DNA from: Takakia lepidozioides
Lineage: Eukaryota; Plantae; Bryophyta
Direction of reading: 5' to 3'
Length of the DNA stretch: 64,000 nucleotides
Assembly: GCA_030704615.1 (NCBI GenBank)
Contig: CM060732.1
Coordinates: 68,138,001-68,202,000 of the forward strand
Position 1 is the stretch's first letter. Each line of letters begins with the position of its first letter. The position numbers and the translations under genes are program-made. Positions 25,301 to 38,438 of the stretch are shown piece by piece. The notes beneath the pieces were generated by a model, which saw nothing but the letters and a program-made list of their open reading frames with translations, made no database searches and was not told the DNA's origin.

Positions 25301-28190
25301 ATTCCTGCAAAGCAACCAACATCTTTTGTTATCTCGAAGAATAGGCTGGAAAATGAAACATGGGGTGGGTTTTAATCGTTCCTGGAGTGAATGGATGACT
25401 GGGGGGGGAGGGTGGTACATTTGCTTCAGGGACTGCCGGGGGTAGAACTTCAACTGCTGTCAGCTCTTCTTCCACCGTTGGAGGTTGTTCTTGAGTGATC
25501 ACTTCCCTTGGTGCCGAGACACTTGATGATGAAGAGGCTGAAGCCATCGGTGGAGGGCGTTCACCATTGATGTAGTCCCTGGTCTGCTGAAGTTCCATTT
25601 GGTGATTTTCCTCTTCCCTGTCTTGTTCCAGGCGTCTCTCCAAGAGCATGAAGGCAATCCTGAGGGAGTCCCTGGTTCTGATTTGCAGCCCACCAGTGCC
25701 CCAGGCTCGAGACATAATAGCCTCATTGACCCAAAATTGCTCCTCTGGTGCGGGTGCTTGATAGATGTCTGCCTCTTCCATGAGGGCCAAGACTTGTGTT
25801 GATGGTTTGGAGGTTAAACCCGGGTGATCTTCCCTATATGCTTCCCATGTGATGTTGGTTGCGGCCGAGAGGTGGTAGTGTTGAAAGTGGTTGGTGAAAA
25901 AATCGTATATTTTTCTTTTTATGATAAGGTCTGGGTGGCTGCCTTTTGGGCAGGTTTGCATGAAGGATCTGATGTCCGAGGATGTTACCCACAGGGATTC
26001 CGGACATTCTGGGTTTCCGGAGGTCATTAGGAAGGATGGATGAACTCTGTTTCTGAATATTAAAGGTGTCACACAGGAGGCCTTGGGCTCATTGTCGGAG
26101 ATCAGTTTTGAGTAGCTTGCGAGAGCTAGCTTGGGGAAAGTTTGTAGTTGGAGACATATCCTTGCCAATACAGGGTTACTGGCAATCCCAACCGTTCCCA
26201 GTTTACTGGCAAAAACTGGCCTGTTTCTCCTTGCACCAAATGTGGTTTGAGTACCCTGTTGCAGTTTCCAAAGGGAGAGTCCTTTTCCTTTGTACGTTGT
26301 TGTTTAGTGTGTCCCTGCCTTGATCGTGGGATTCCAGCTTCCAGCTGCATTGGGTCTAACCCCCTCTTGGCGTGATTTGGTGGTGGATTCAGCTTAAATG
26401 GGTCCTCCATGTTTGTGTTAATCTGGATCCCAGTTTTGGCCCTTTGGATGGGCCTACCTGTACTCGGTGATAACTGTACCGGCGATTGGCCTTCTTCCTG
26501 CGGACGGGAAGGAGTTGAGTTCCCCTGCTTGTATGATCTTTTCTTTTTCCCCTGTGGACAGTTAGCTTTAATATGGCCTTGCATGCCACAGTTAAAGCAT
26601 GCTGATGAAGTAGCGTCTTCAACCAGTCTTGTAGTAAAATAGTTGCCTTCCTCGTCAATGGGAAGGCGCACAAAGTTCGGGAGAGTGTCCTCGTCAGGCA
26701 TTAACAAGACCATCTTAGGGAAACCACAATCATTGAGCCTTGAGGCAATGGTAGCTGACTTCCATGCTGGATTTTGCCTTATAAGTTCTGTATTCATGTG
26801 TGGATCAAATACTCCAATGCATCCCAGATATTTGCCAAAGTGGTTGGCGATATCCGGCAAATTCATAAAATACTGATCAGGAATAAATGGAAGTGAAACT
26901 ATCCGTGGCCCCCATAGCTTATCATTCTTGTGTCCCATTTTTGAGGACCAAGGAAATATGTTTACATTGAATCCATGGACATGGGGGTTGAAGTTGAGGG
27001 CTTTGGCTGCAGCTTCTTGAGTTTCAAATTGAATAGAAAAGAAGCCCCTGCCCCTTGCATGGCAGGATTGCTGCTTTAAGTCACCTGAACCCCCATGTAT
27101 CTGACTGCCCAGTCTCTCACAAAGGATCTACTAACCTTTTTTTCCGGGGAAGTGTACCAAAATTCCGAGATCTTCCATATCCATGGGGATGAGAGGGTAG
27201 TCTCCCTGGAGCGCCTCCTGCGTGGATAGAAGGTCTGAAAGGTCAATTGTGATGTCTGGGTCCTGTGAATGTCCTTCTAGCAGCTCTGGGTTTGGTACTG
27301 GGCTTCAATTTTGTAGGTAGGTTGACGCGTTTGTTGTCGCATTGGGAAGGAGGTTCGGATGCTGCCTCTGCTGACCTTCGAGACCTTCCCCGCTGTTGTC
27401 CATCTAGGCTGTAAGTCGATTCCTGGGTTGCCAAATGGCTGTGCCTTCATGAACATTACGACCCCTCGATTGTGCCTGGTGGGCTTGGAAGTATCCTATA
27501 CCCGAGGATGGAAGAGGGCGCTGTTGATGTCGTGGTTGTATCTGTGGCTGACCTCTCCCTCTGCCAGAGCTCTGACCGCGAGAGTGGAAAAAAGAGTTGG
27601 GAGTCATTGTACCGGCTGAGGAAAGCAAGTGCTAGAGACACTTGGAGCTGGAATGGTTTGCGGAGCGAAACGGGTCTGTAGTCTAACCGATCACTATGCT
27701 TTCAAGACTAAGCAAACCTTCACATTGAGACTTTACCAGGGGTGCTGGACGTTGGCTGTGGCAATGATAAGGCAGTTGCGTGGGAGAGCTAAGCTTAGCT
27801 GTTGGGGGGGGGACATGAATCGTAATGAGATGACAGTGAACTTTGATCGAGATCATAAATGGTGACGGCCATCAGCCAAAGGCCTAATCTTCCCAAGATG
27901 AAAATAGAATGAAAATAGCCAGTTAGTACTTACTCAGGATGAAGGAGTGATGAAGCTCCGAGGGGTTTTTGGGGTAAGTTTGGTCAGGGAATAAAGATTT
28001 GCTTGGGTTCAAAACCCGTTGCCTGTATTTCTGAAGCCCTTAAGCATCTGATGTCTTCTTCGAAAACTTGAAAAACCCTGTTTAGGCCTCGCTGTGGGTG
28101 GAGGAGAGAGACGAAGATACCGTTGCGGTTTGCTCTCCTCTCACCGCAGATCGCGGAGCTCCCTGGGCGCTCCATCAATTCCCTTTATGT
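22330..28190 (-). mobile_element. Degenerate L1-clade LINE with an internal deletion of most of EN and the RT core
   Basis: ORF1 GRGFFSIQF (DUF4283-like) and CFNCGMQGHIKANC knuckle; EN start SWNVR/IIFLQEHK (~24890-24770) fused to post-catalytic RT FCQASRFKVNWGKT; SWKQICLPKKKGGLG; ESQEHCLLYC; LWHLWKARCKRTF. Confidence 0.88.
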
Positions 28191-28949
28191 TCATTTCTAC
28201 AGTTTTCCAAAGCTTGACACAGTTTAAGTCAACCTATATATATTTTTTGGACCCTTGATCTCATTCCTTAATACACGTGGCCTTACTACATAAGCCCCCC
28301 GCTCTGATTCCTGGGCCACAGTAATTCCTGGACTACTCTAGAACAAGGCCCAAATGAAACTACTCTACATATTGAGGCCCTGGAGCTTTTGAGGTTCAAC
28401 CTTTCTTTTTTCTTCCGTCAAAGAGGGGACTTGGCTCTCAAAAACTTTATGGGCTCTCTTGTAGAGATAGACTTTGCAACATGTTGAAGTCAATGGAGAA
28501 AATGTGGTCAAAGGACCTTACACCGTGTCAAGGCATCGATTGGTGTGTTGTGTTGAGTCATGCCCCTCACTCTTATTTTTTTCTTATGTTTTGAAAAAGC
28601 AAGAGAGCCCATCGCCGTTTTAGGCTTGTTGTTAACTGCAGTACTATATGCCCAGAGTGGAGGTTGGGTAACTTAGCATGTGAACAGGCTCACGCCAGCG
28701 GGCGTGAGCACAAAGGCATATTCCAAAAGATTCTAAAGAATATGCGAACGCGAAACCAAAATGCGCTCACGCGGTAAGAAATACGAAACTATCTGAAAAC
28801 CGTGCTCATGCGAAAAAAATCATGAAATTAATCGTCCAAAGCTTAACTCGCGTGAGCACAAAGACCCACTGAAGATAATCTGTTTCAAAGTAACCTCTGC
28901 CAAAACTCAAAGATCAGCGCACATAAACAATGTGGCAAGAACCACCCAA

Positions 28950-31200
28950 AAAAGGGTTTCGCCGGTGAAATGCACACAGGCAAAGGCCAAAGAATTAAAG
29001 CAAAGTGTTTGACAAATCGTCGAAAATAACTAGAGGAACCATTAAATCTCTGCACCTCTCTAACCGTAGTAGGTGGAGGTATACTTAGAATTATCAGAAT
29101 CTTCTCCGGATCCACCTCAAGCCCCTTAGAACTAATAACGTCCTAATAGGATTCCATAAGCAACTCCAAATTGGCACTTTACAGGATTTAATGATATGCT
29201 ATATAATCTGCATTTCTTAAAATATTTCCGAAGTGCTAATAAATGGTCTAACTTATTTGTACAACAACAGAAATCATCAATTATTTTTTCACAAAATCAT
29301 TTAGATATTCTTTGAAAGCATTATTCATCATGCGTTGGTAAGTGGTTGGGGCACTACATAACCCAAAAGGCATTACATGGTACGCAATTTTTTCCCAACT
29401 TGATGTAAAGGTGGTTTCTAATTTATCATCCTCAGCCAGTGTTTTTCTTTTCACTTTTCTAAATTGCAGGCAGGCGACATGTAGATTCTACCAAGTGCCC
29501 ATATGGCCAGACTAACGAGGTGACCTAGTTAGAAAAGTGGCTATATTACAGGTGTCATATTTTAACAGGTCCACGTAGGACAAATCTGGCTCCTGATATT
29601 TGACCATTGGCGCTTTCTGGCGATTTTTTTAATTTTTACTCCCGTAATTCCTTAGTAAAAGTAGCTGACCCATTTTCCAGGTCGAAATCTGGCGATTTTT
29701 CGCCAGATTAAAAAACACTGTCCTCAGATATTGCTATTTGATTATACCCAGAAAAACAATCCATTAAACTGTAACACTCTTTCCCTGCTACGGCATCTAA
29801 GATTTGGTCGATATAGGGCAATGAATAATAATCCTTTTTAGTCACATCGTTCAATTCTTTGAAATCAACACAGACTCATAGTCCACTTGTCTCTTCGGAA
29901 CAGCCACTATAGGTGAGACCCATTCAGAATTTCCCACCTCAGAAATCATACAATTTTTCAGTAGTTTTTCTACCTCCAGTTGTTGTACTTGATTGCCCTA
30001 TCTAGACTAGTCAAACGTCTTTAATTGTTTTTGTCTTACTGGTGTATAGACTGGTTTCATAGGAATGGTATGTACAGCTATCTGCTGAGGAATTCCCTTC
30101 AAATCCTCATACGACCATGCGAAGATATCTTTAAATTCTGCGCATAAGGTCACATACTCATTGATCTCATCCGTAGTCAAATTTTTGTCTAGTTTTATGA
30201 TTCTGATTTCATCCTTTCTTCCGATATTCACTTCTATCAGTTCCGGTTTAGATTGTCTATTTTCTTCCTCCGTATCAAATTATGAAGGTTGGTCTTTATT
30301 AAAATCATAGCCTCTACATCATTGAGCGTTTCTAACTCCTCAGAATATAAAACATCCAACACTCCTTTAAATTCCTCTGTCATGGGTGTGATTGTTAATA
30401 CTTCTGTATCACAGTCACTTTCATAATATTCTTCAGAGTCACTAGCAAAATAATCAGAAATCATTATCTTGAACATGATTAAAATTTTCTTTTGGGGATA
30501 ATTGTGGATAAGCATCAATAATGACTCTTTTGGATCCTTTCCCAATAGCCAATATTCCTCGGGGAATATAGACCACGACATACGCTTCCCTTAGCCAGGG
30601 TCTTCGAAAGCATAACCACATTGCGGGCTCGCTATCCTCAACACATGAAAGTTAGTTTTAATTGTTTGACCAGCTACAATAATGGCTCGGTAATGGCCAA
30701 ATCCATAATCATCCCTTCTGGTTTAACAACTGAGTGATCAGCCATCCGCAATGAATAGGATGAAGGTAGGTTTACTTTTAATCCCAATTCCTTCATTGCA
30801 ACCAGTCATGACATTAACTCCAGACCACGGATCCACAAAAGCTCCAGGTACAACAATTCATTAATGATACAATTTACTTTAGGACGATCTTTGTCAATGG
30901 CATCAGGATCTACCATCCTCAGTCGCATAGGCTTCCTGCGTCGTACTAAGCCAAACTTGAGTTCTCTTTGAACTGGTACTGGACTTAATGTTGTTAATTG
31001 AGAAAGTGTTATGTTAGCCTTGCTCCCCACTAAATCTTGGAGGACACTATATGGGGGCGCATAAGACATGAGGGGTAACTCTTTAAATGGTTTCCCAGTT
31101 GACTTTTGTCCCGCAAATGTAACTTTCTTTGGCCACTGTTTCTGTGGCAATAGCTCGAGTGCTTAATTACCTCCCATACATTGCTGTTGGGATGTTTGTC
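28950..31200 (-). mobile_element. Degenerate Ty3/gypsy (non-chromovirus type) gag-PR-RT remnant
   Basis: YSVLQDL..KANITLSQL, EFKDIFAWSYEDLKGI, VMPFGLCSAPTTYQR, DPEKI...PPTTVREVQRF..YFRRFVKHFA. Confidence 0.85.
29437..29720. mobile_element. hAT-type MITE inserted in the gypsy RT
   Basis: TIRs CAGTGTTTTT / AAAAACACTG; 8-bp TSD TCCTCAGC / TCCTCAGA. Confidence 0.85.
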
Positions 31201-31269
31201 CTTACATGACTAGATAGCCCTTAACGAGTAAACAAAACTGGGATCTCTTAGTCTACGTGTGTATCTATC

Positions 31270-32856
31270 CTAAGCATTAGGACTTCTGCTTCGTTGGCTT
31301 CCCAAATCTCCATGGAGCACTTGCTTTATGACAATGTTAATTTCATCTTGGTAGCGCTTGATGAAAAACCATATCTCGCTGACACGTTCACGGTTTCGTT
31401 GAATCATGTAGCCAATGCCCTCATCGTAAGTTCTTTTCCGTAATGCTTCCTCATTCTTGACCCTGATATCTTCTGCTTGATCCATTGACAGTCCATGACA
31501 GTCTTTTGATGCCTGAATGGAATTCATAAACACGTCTTTGTCCTTCACCAACTTGCGGGCCTCTTCATTCTCGACTTCGTCATCTGCATCATTTATCGCA
31601 AAGTGATCCATAATGACTGACGATGTTACAGAGATGACTTCAGAATATCTGTTCTCAGCCATTCTTATGGCCCCATAAAAGTTAGCAAAGTGCTGCTTGT
31701 CAGCATCAATTGTGGTGAAAAAAGCTTCCTCATATTCATTCCACAAGGCATTGACTTCTCCATAAGTCTCAACTTCTATTTCAAAAAGCTTCTCTTGCAA
31801 CTTGTCAAGCTCATCTAGCATGGCCTTCAATTTTGGTTCTGCTGTTGTGCGGTCTTGCTGACATTCTTGAAACACCTTCTTCTTCCGTTTGTGGAAGGCT
31901 GTGCAAAGTGTACGACCTTCACTATCTCTTTTCGCAAGTACCTCTCTCCGGGCAGCTGCATGGAGCCTTGTCTCTTCCTCCCGTATATTGTGGAGTTCCA
32001 CTATGGCATTCTTACAATCCTCCGCCACAATCAGGAACCTTTCTTTATATTCGTTAAAGGCTTCGTTGATCAGATTGGGTACAGTAGATAGGGCTTTATG
32101 CTCAGGATCCGCAGCAAGCATGGTATCAAAGAATTCATCGATTCCTAGAAGATTTGCTTTTGCAAAGAGCCTATTCTCAGCCTCCTTGGCTACGCGCTCC
32201 TTCCAAGCAATCTTCTCTTTGTTCTCTTTGTCCCGCATCTCTTGAATCGCATCTTGGTATTGCTCCCTTGCCTGCTTTATCAAGTTTGTGAAACAAAGGT
32301 GATGATCAAGATACAAAAGGGCCCTCATAAATGCGATTGTATAGAGCTTATACTCCGGGTCCTTGCAACATGGGTTGCCTTCTAAACACAGCAACCGAAG
32401 GTTTCGGAATTGTCGGAGATACATGACTTTATCCAGGTCTTTGATTGAGTTGTTTCCAAGGGAAAGGGACTTGATCTCTTCAAGCTTGTCAAGGCCCTCA
32501 ATAGTTGTGAGCTTATTGTTGTACAAAGACAGGTCCAGCAACCTTGTTAACTTCTCCAGGCCTTCAATCTTTTCAATGTTGTTGAATGATAAATCCAATT
32601 CTGTTAGAGTAGTGAGATGGTCTAGTTTCTCTATTTTGGAAAGGTTATTGTTGTCAAACTGCAACCTTGTCAGATGCTCGAAGCCAAGTAAATAGTCAAC
32701 TTGCTTGATTCCTCTGAAAGAAAACTGGAGCCAGGTGACAACTTTAAGAGGCAACGCTTTCCTCCGTTCCTCAAGCCCCTCCCCTGATGTCGCTTCAATC
32801 TGGATAGACGATCGAAGGACATCAGAGGTGATAGCTTTGCCTTCCATCATCATCAT
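31270..32856 (-). CDS. DRC3: Dynein regulatory complex subunit 3 (LRRC48), intronless, 528 aa
   Basis: N-terminal SDS22-type LRRs (LDLSFNNIEKIEGLEKLTRLLDLSLYNN, LSLGNN, YLRQFRNL..L.LEGNP), then coiled coil ending ASKDCH...RNRERVSEI typical of DRC3. Confidence 0.85.
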   Translation of the reverse strand: MMMMEGKAITSDVLRSSIQIEATSGEGLEERRKALPLKVVTWLQFSFRGIKQVDYLLGFEHLTRLQFDNNNLSKIEKLDHLTTLTELDLSFNNIEKIEGLEKLTRLLDLSLYNNKLTTIEGLDKLEEIKSLSLGNNSIKDLDKVMYLRQFRNLRLLCLEGNPCCKDPEYKLYTIAFMRALLYLDHHLCFTNLIKQAREQYQDAIQEMRDKENKEKIAWKERVAKEAENRLFAKANLLGIDEFFDTMLAADPEHKALSTVPNLINEAFNEYKERFLIVAEDCKNAIVELHNIREEETRLHAAARREVLAKRDSEGRTLCTAFHKRKKKVFQECQQDRTTAEPKLKAMLDELDKLQEKLFEIEVETYGEVNALWNEYEEAFFTTIDADKQHFANFYGAIRMAENRYSEVISVTSSVIMDHFAINDADDEVENEEARKLVKDKDVFMNSIQASKDCHGLSMDQAEDIRVKNEEALRKRTYDEGIGYMIQRNRERVSEIWFFIKRYQDEINIVIKQVLHGDLGSQRSRSPNA

Positions 32857-33959
32857 TATTTGTCCTCAACCTCAACAGGGCTATGCCGTGTCTTACACTT
32901 ACGTTATTTGGGTACAATTTGTCAACTCTGTGACCACCAGGAATTGAACAGCCAACAAATTCTTCACTCTCAAGGCTCCCTTGAGGTGACGCTGATTAGA
33001 ACAGAAGAGTCTCCCAAATTCTACCCCGAATTGCCTCATTTGCACGGAATCCCACCACCGGGCTGATCTTGCTTGAAGACCCACCCGAAAACAAGATCTT
33101 TGCACTTATCAAAGTGAAAGAGGAGGGGGAGAGCTAATGCTGAGCCCTAATGCGCCATTGACACTAATTTTGAGACCTAATGCATCCTTAGTCGAAATCC
33201 TTATTTTTCGGCCTGTGCCATCTATGTCCCATCAGTCTTAATCTCTATGCAGAGAATCCATTTCAACTTGGACGAGCAACTACCCCTTCTCATCACAGCA
33301 CTGTGACACCAGACGCACCAAAAAGAGTATGTTAGATATTTTTACCGTACTCCCCATTCCAAATAATTCATATTTATTATTTCAATGGTTCTGGCACAAG
33401 GGAATAAAAGTAAGATAATTTAGATTATTAACTATATCCTGAGAATTATAATAACTTCTCATTTCTGTTTAGTCTACTCCCTATTTATTACCGCGTGCTC
33501 AAATACCTCAACCATGAGGCAGATACCTTGAAAAAAAGGGTCTAATTATTCGACCAAGTAGAGAATCCTCATTACTTCATAAGTATTGGCTTCCACTCAA
33601 TTAATTTTCCCATGTTTTTATCTCCCTTTCTCACTTTATCATCATTCATTTTTTTCTTCTTCTATCCCAACTTTCCTCTCTATCTTTTTTTTTTCTTCTT
33701 CTTGAGCAGCTCTCTTCTTCTCCATTTTCCAGACGGTTCACTCTCATCCATCATTTCAGATTCCTTCAGGTGGTTCAATATCCATCCTTGTGCACCATTC
33801 AATTCCATCCGTTATAATCAACCATATAACATTGGTCAAATAAATATAAATATAAATATGTTAAGTATGTTAATTGTGTTAATGGTTTCGAAATACGAAT
33901 ATATGATCTATAGAAGAACTGACTACTATATTTTTTAGCATAAATTAATCTAATTAGTA

Positions 33960-35200
33960 ATAGAAGCGTCAATTAATCATCTAACAAAATTTGACATATT
34001 CTCGAGCATCCATTGTAGGGACTCAATCTATATTGTGATTGAGTAAGAGCTCTGCAAAACGTTCTAACAATCCGTCAACCTCTTCAGTAACAATTTCAGG
34101 AGTCTGTCTGATAAAATTTTGCCCTCATTCTCATCTAAATTGGGCAAATCATGGCTCATTCAAATCGAATTTAGCTTCAAACTTGACATACTCTCGAGCA
34201 TCCATTGTAGGACAATCTCTACTGTGATGTTTCCACAAAACGTTCTAACAATTTGTCAACCTCTTCAGTAACAATTTCAGGAGTTTGTCTGATAGAATTC
34301 TTGCCCTCATTCTCATCTAAATTGGGCAAACAAAACAAACCACTGTGCTGCCAACAATGTCTAACCATATCAGAATCCACCGAAATACGCCATGTTTTCT
34401 CAAACATAACCAGAGCTTGGTACACATCAAGAGAATGATTTCTATTATCAATCAAAGCATTAATCATATGATTAATGAAAAGCCTCCAGTAATGAGCCTT
34501 GAAACACTTGATGATTCCAGCGTCCATTGGTTGCCACTTACTAGTGGTATTAGGAGGCAACATGACAATGGTGGTAATGCCTAATTGCTCACCAATATTC
34601 ACCAATTTATGCCCAGTGAAGTTGTGATCCAGCAGGAGCATAACTTTTTCTTTGCCAACAAGTCGCTTTCAAAGTAGAGTAAAAAATTCTCAAATAAAAG
34701 AACGGTCATCCATGTCTTTTTGTTTGCTAGACCACATGATACCTTAAATATTTGCACGTGTAATGTGCCTACGTGTAAATGCATGAGGCTTATCTAACTT
34801 GTTAATGACAAATGAAGGTAGTTTCATACTCTCGTCTGCATTTGATGTCAAAAAAACAATAATACGTTCTTTGAATTGTTTCTTTCCACTCGAAGTTTAG
34901 TAGCAAGAGTTTTGTTGGGTTCGAGTTTGTAGAAAAAAATCTGGTTTCATCTATGTTACGCACATGAGTTGGAGAGTATTGATAAATATGTTTACGTATC
35001 GCACGCATTTGTGCCGTTGCCTCGTTTTACTGGCCAGCTGAAGCAACCTCTCCATGTCTTGTATAACCTCAAATGTCAAAATGCTTCTTAAAACCTTGTA
35101 CCCATCCATGTGAGAACAACAGACCTCGCTCACCTTCGTTTGGAGGCTCTTTGTTGTAAAAGTGTTTGGTAGCCTCACATATCGATGCATCAGTGAGGGT
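33960..35200 (-). mobile_element. pogo/Tigger-like DDE_1 transposase remnant with a ~180-bp internal duplication
   Basis: NIDETR, ANKKTWMT..LF, LLLDHNFTGH, LPPNTTSKWQPMDAGIIKCFKAHY; duplicated block at ~34000 and ~34190. Confidence 0.85.
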
Positions 35201-35488
35201 TGTACCTCTTTCCTACAATATAAGAGAAAACCAAGAGAAAGTAGCTTATTTAACTCTTGGAAATAAAGTTTTCATTCATTTCTTAATAAAATATAATAAA
35301 ATACAATGTCAACTAGTGTAAAAGAATTAGTTGAAGATGGTGAAGCATTGGATGAGATTTTGATAATTTCATCCCAAAGCTAAATTAATCGTCATTTAGT
35401 ATGTTACGGGTAGTATTTATATATATATAATCATATATTGAGAAAACCAATTTATTTTTTTCCATGAATTTATTGAGAAGTAATATAT

Positions 35489-36380
35489 CCAATCATTGTT
35501 CCAGGAAAGCTCGCTTTGCTATTTTGCACAAATTTCCAGCGACCAAAAGTACTTGAAATTCCATATCTTCCACACCGTAGGTCCAAAAATTATGAGACCA
35601 AGTTGGTGCACCCTTCATCATCAAGGGCTTTCCAACGGGACTAAGCACTAGGCTGGGGCTCGCAGTTTGAGAGATCTCAACTCTACAAACAAAACAAAAC
35701 ATCAAAACAAACAAACAAACAACCTTGCTTCATGTTATATTCATGACTAGGGTAGTCTCTGCCATTGGCCCAAGTGTTCAATGTCATCTAAGTCCAAGTG
35801 CAATCCCCTCCACGTCATTGTTCTAGGAAAGCCCACTTTGCTATTCTCACGAATTTTCAGCGACCAAAAGTACTTGAAATTCATTCTCCCACACCAATCT
35901 AAAAATTATGAGACCAAGCCGCACCACCCCAACTCATCGAGGGCTTTCCAGTGGCACAAAGCACCAGGGCTGGGGCCCCACGATTTGGGAGATCTCAACG
36001 ATGCTACAAAACAAAACAAACAAGCTGTCCCGCTTCGTACTAAAATCGTGGCTAGAGGCCCTGCGGTTTGGGAGATAACGACAAACAAATTGTAAATGCC
36101 AATATTTTTAAAAAAAAAACCCAATTTATATTTACATCCACGTGCACAAAAGACAAATGAATGGCCAATCATTGCTCCAAGAAAGCCCACTTTGCTATTT
36201 GTCACGAATTTCCAATCAGCGACCAAAAGTACATGAAGCTCGACATCTCCCACATTGTAGGTCCAAAAATCTTGAGACCAAGCCGCTACATCCCGCTTCA
36301 TATGGGGCCCCGCAGTTTGGGACATCTCAACAAAACAAAACAAACAAATAAACAAACAAACAAACTACCTCGCTTCAGAT
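35489..36380 (-). repeat. Non-autonomous Helitron-like repeat with internal tandem subunits
   Basis: Repeated CATTG.TCCAGGAAAGCCCACTTTGCTATT...GACCAAAAGTAC (35489, ~35815, ~36165, also ~39081); minus-strand hairpin + CTAG|T end at ~35747. Confidence 0.5.
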
Positions 36381-36677
36381 ATATATTGATATCAAATAAC
36401 GCTCTTATGTTCAAGTGTAAATCTTTACATAGCAAAGATTTCACAACATACATGAAGGGTGACATAACAAAAAGGAGGTATCACTTATCCAAGGTCAACT
36501 GTATGGTCTCTCTATACATTCATAAACATTAAATACACTCCAAATAGTTGCAAACCAAAACATATCAAATACTTTAAATAATCATTCTAATCTTAAACTA
36601 TTACTCTAATATAGAAAAATGAAAGTTTTACCAACGACAATACAAAAGGGTGTGACATTCAACTTCACACGCACCAA

Positions 36678-36850
36678 CAGTTAGTAGCTTAGTTGAATAG
36701 TGCACTGATTGCGACCCTGATGATTCTGGGCTCAAATCCTGCCCCCTTGATTGGTGGGGTATGTTCTTCTCCCCTTTCCCTTGGGCGGTGACCCATATGA
36801 AGCCTTCACGACGTTACTGTGAAAGAGGTTATTTTCTCCTCTCACTATAA
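36678..36850 (+). mobile_element. tRNA-derived SINE-like element
   Basis: A-box-like TAGCTTAGTTG and B-box-like GGCTCAAATCC at tRNA-like spacing; no complete cloverleaf. Confidence 0.4.
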
Positions 36851-37158
36851 TGAAGGGGTCTAATTTGTGAGCTGTCACTCCCAGGCATTTCCCTTAAGAA
36901 AAAGAAGAGGAAAACACCATCTAATTCAACCAAGGGTTTCTCAAGGCGAAACCCTAAACAGTATAGTCAAAAACCCTAAACTAATAGCAGCGGCATATGC
37001 CACAAACCTATGGAGTGGCGGATTTCACGATGAGAAACCCTTGGTGATATAGCTTGAATCAATTTTTTTTTATCCCAACTACCTTACATCCCATTATTTT
37101 TTCAAATTAAAAAAAAACCCAATTTTATTGTCATATAAGCTTAATTCTAGGTATATAC

Positions 37159-38344
37159 CAGTGTTGGGAGGATACCCTTTTTCTGCCATTATACCCTGAG
37201 GGTAAAACCCAATAAGGGTATATGGATATACCCTACCCTGGAAATTCCAAAATACCCTTACCCTACCCTTGTCAGGGGTAATTATTTTTGTTATACCCTT
37301 AATGGATTATACCCTGGGGTTTGAAATTTCGAAGGATACCCTTACCCTGAGGGTAAATATGTTCAATGGCCGGGTAATAGGGAAGGGTATAATAATTTGA
37401 TTACTAGGGGTTTAGGTTTAGGTGTGGTATTTGCTAGTAGAGAGGGCAAACACTAGCATTTTTTTTTTTTTTTTTTCCCCCTTCGTTGGTCTTCCTCTTC
37501 GCAGCTTGTGCTCCAAGACCGGTCCTTGCCACTCTCTCCTTGGAAAAAGCGTGTACTAGTGGCGGGGACCGCTCTCTCTTTCCTCGATACCCCGCCATTC
37601 TCTTATCTATGGTGCAAAACGACCTCATTATGATCAAATGTGTTGTTTTGTTATTATATTTTAGGGCCATTAGAGGAGCATAAATGAGGGCTAAAATTTT
37701 GCTATTCGTAAGCCACATAAAAAATAAACCAAAAAAGAAAAGAAAAGGCATATCCCGTTAATTTCCATATAACGGGGATGTTATATAGTTGAAATGCTTA
37801 GTCTTGGTTAGGCCCTCTTAGGCCCTCTGGCAATCCACCGAGGTTTTGGTTCTTAGTTAACTCTTGCTTCCCCCCCCAACTCCCTACCAGTGCTGGGTGT
37901 TCCCCATGTGATACGCCTTTATGGTCCCTTAGGAGGTTATTTTTTCCTCCCCTCTGTTCTCATTTTGCCACTCCAATAAAGTTTTTGTAGGGCCTCTGTC
38001 CCTTTTATCAAAAAAAAAAGAGAGCTTTATTTTAAGTATTTAATAAAATTCACAAATAAAATTTAAAAAATTTATTTACCCTTTATAATTACCCTGGGAT
38101 ATCCTGAGGATATAAAAATGGTACCATTATCCTGCAATTACCCTTACCCTCATGGTATATGTGGCACCCAATACCCTTACCCTGAAGGTAAATGTTTACC
38201 AAAAATTTATATATACCCTTACCCGGAGGGTAAATGTTTTCAAAAAATAGATTATACCCTTACCCTGAGGATAAGTTTGACCCCCAAAATCATGTATACC
38301 CTTACCCTGAGGGTAGAAAAAATCAATATACCCTCCCAACACTG
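37159..38344. mobile_element. Non-autonomous hAT DNA transposon (1186 bp)
   Basis: 13-bp TIRs CAGTGTTGGGAGG / CCTCCCAACACTG; perfect 8-bp TSD GTATATAC; many subterminal TACCCTTACCCTGAGGGTA motifs. Confidence 0.92.
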
Positions 38345-38438
38345 GTATATACTAGGGTAGCCTATGCCGTTGGCCAAGTGTCCAGTGTCAACTAATCCCA
38401 AGTGTAAGATTTTCTATGTATCCCATTGCGTCTCCTAT

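Noticed and set aside
36950-36982. Telomerase RNA template (AAACCCTAAAC twice)
   Set aside because: These are common telo-box-like motifs; no USE/TATA promoter or other TR features recognised
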